Part shown: positions 33,947 to 35,356 of the stretch, one piece after another
Numbering within the stretch: position 1 is the stretch's first letter
Layout of the letters: every line of letters starts with the position of its first letter
Source of the DNA: an uncultured Syntrophaceae bacterium
GTDB taxonomy: Bacteria > Desulfobacterota > SM23-61
Length of the DNA stretch: 35,356 nt
Assembly (NCBI GenBank): GCA_964537885.1
Contig: CAZIDC010000001.1
Coordinates: forward strand, 1 to 35,356
Direction: 5' to 3'
Translations under genes and position numbers: made by a program
Notes under the pieces: generated by a model
Database searches by the model: none
What the model saw: the letters and a program-made list of their open reading frames with translations, nothing else
What the model was told of the DNA's origin: nothing

Positions 33947-35182
33947 TTAGAAGAATTCGCTGAACCATTTTCTCATTCTCTGGCCCACCTTACCGAATAG
34001 ATTGCGGTCGCTGCTTTTAAAGCGGCCTTCGGCTCCGTGTCGTTTTCCATAGAGTACCAAACCGACGGCCGCAGCGTACATGGGATTATTGACTACATCC
34101 ACCAGGCCGCCCACCCCTGAAGGATACCCTCGACGAACCGGAAGGTTGAAAATCTGCTCGACCAATTCGGGCAGTCCTTCCAGAGAAGCAGTTCCTCCGG
34201 TGAGCACAACCCCCGACGGGATAAGGTTTTCGTACCCGGATTTGAGGATCTCGCGGTGGACGAGGGTGAAAATTTCTTCCATCCGGGGTTCAATGATCTC
34301 AGCCAGGATCTGCCGGGACAGAACCCTGGCTCTCCTCCCCCCCACGCTGGGAACTTCAATGGTTTCCTCCTTTTTCACCATCGAAGTCAGCGCGCACCCG
34401 TATTTGGTTTTGATCTTCTCCGATTCCACCAGGGGTGTTCTCAACCCCACCGCGATATCGTTGGTCAGGTGATTGCCCCCCAGGCCAAAAATAGCGGTCT
34501 GCCGGACCGCACCTTGCGAGAAAACGACCAGATCGGTTGTCCCGCCGCCAATGTCCACTAAGGCAACGCCGAGATCCTTTTCGTCCGGGATGAGCACCGC
34601 CTCACTGGCCGCTAACTGTTCCAGGACGATGTCACTCACCTCGAGATCTGTCCGGTTGCAGCACCGGATGATATTTTGGGCCGAGGTTACGGCCCCGGTA
34701 ACGATATGGACTTTCGCCTCTAAGCGAACCCCGGACATTCCCAGGGGCTCCATGATTCCGTCCTGTTCATCCACGATGAATTCCTGCGGGAGAACATGAA
34801 TGACTTCCCGGTCCATGGGAATGGCGACGGCCCGGGCGGCGTCTATGACCCGCTTTACATCGCTTTCCGAGACTTCTCGATTTTTAACGGCCACAATCCC
34901 GTGGCTGTTAAACCCCCGGATATGGCTTCCGGCAATCCCGCAATAAACGGCCGTAATCTCCGCTCCGGCCATCAGCTCCGCTTCCTCCACGGCTTTGCGG
35001 ATCGATTCTACCGTGGCGTCGATGTTGATAACCACGCCCTTGCGCAGCCCCTTCGAAGGGTGGGTTCCGATGCCCACGATATCCACGCCGGAATCGCTGA
35101 TTTCCCCCACAATGGCGCAGATTTTGGTGGTCCCAATATCCAGGCCGACGATGATGTTTTCTCTCTTCCCTTTTTTAACCAT
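33947..35182 (-). CDS. ftsA: Cell division protein FtsA
   Basis: GLDIGTTKICAIVGE and DIGGGTTD (actin-fold). The track start is a TTG at 35224. The ATG at 35182 (MVKKGK) gives the usual N-terminus. Confidence 0.93.
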   Translation of the reverse strand: MVKKGKRENIIVGLDIGTTKICAIVGEISDSGVDIVGIGTHPSKGLRKGVVINIDATVESIRKAVEEAELMAGAEITAVYCGIAGSHIRGFNSHGIVAVKNREVSESDVKRVIDAARAVAIPMDREVIHVLPQEFIVDEQDGIMEPLGMSGVRLEAKVHIVTGAVTSAQNIIRCCNRTDLEVSDIVLEQLAASEAVLIPDEKDLGVALVDIGGGTTDLVVFSQGAVRQTAIFGLGGNHLTNDIAVGLRTPLVESEKIKTKYGCALTSMVKKEETIEVPSVGGRRARVLSRQILAEIIEPRMEEIFTLVHREILKSGYENLIPSGVVLTGGTASLEGLPELVEQIFNLPVRRGYPSGVGGLVDVVNNPMYAAAVGLVLYGKRHGAEGRFKSSDRNLFGKVGQRMRKWFSEFF

Positions 35183-35228
35183 GGGGATTCCCCCTTCCCA
35201 AGGAACGATTCCCAAACAGCACAACAGG

Positions 35229-35299
35229 GTCCGTGTCAGTGTTTAGTGTCAGTAAAGACATTTTTTACTGACACGGACACTCACACTGATATTCACACT
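35229..35299. repeat. Inverted short-period array element, family D
   Basis: Left arm is gtccgtgtcagtgtttagtgtcagtaaa. Right arm is tttactgacacggacactcacactgatattcacact. The inner 11 bp (gtgtcagtaaa / tttactgacac) are perfect. Confidence 0.85.
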
Positions 35300-35305
35300 T
35301 CCCCT

Positions 35306-35356
35306 TCAAGATTTTCGGTTTTTTTCCGTCCCGGTTTCCTTCATTTTGACCACTAC
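35306..35356 (-). CDS. ftsQ: Probable 3' end of ftsQ (only the last 16 codons are in the window)
   Basis: The open frame from the window edge reads VVVKMKETGTEKNRKS then TGA at 35308-35306. Assigned only from the conserved ftsQ-ftsA-ftsZ order. Confidence 0.35.
   Translation of the reverse strand, partial: VVVKMKETGTEKNRKS

Overview
All convincing genes in this window lie on the minus strand. Read in the direction of transcription (high to low coordinates), the order is as follows. First comes the end of a cell-division (dcw) cluster: the ftsQ 3' end, ftsA and ftsZ. Next are a B12-binding-type radical SAM gene and a stand-alone cyclic-nucleotide-binding-domain protein. A roughly 1.18 kb stretch with no credible ORF follows; it contains an intrinsic terminator and a strong sigma70-like promoter. 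The rest is an uninterrupted, bacterial-type Wood-Ljungdahl (reductive acetyl-CoA) supercluster: fhs, folD, hdrC, hdrB, a 1496-aa HdrA-type fusion (HdrL-like), mvhD, metV, metF, RACo/acsV, cooC, acsD, acsA(cooS), acsB, acsC, a divergent pterin methyltransferase, DUF3786, a second cooC, canonical acsE, a nuoE-like gene, a 1048-aa NuoF::GltD fusion, and the 5' part of a NuoG-fused formate dehydrogenase alpha subunit that runs off the window. The least expected signal is not a gene. Almost every cistron junction longer than about 60 nt holds an 80-130 nt element made of two inverted arrays of 4-5 tandem heptamers around an AT-rich centre. These occur in at least six sequence families that share one architecture, start within 0-10 nt of the upstream stop codon, and sometimes extend into coding sequence. 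Other points of interest are the same GltD/NfnB-like NAD(P)H module grafted into both the HdrA scaffold and the NuoF scaffold, duplicated pterin methyltransferase and CooC genes, and a promoter that implies a roughly 600 nt leader in front of fhs. Everything here comes from reading the sequence and translations by eye. No database search, folding or statistics were run. Taxon not determined.
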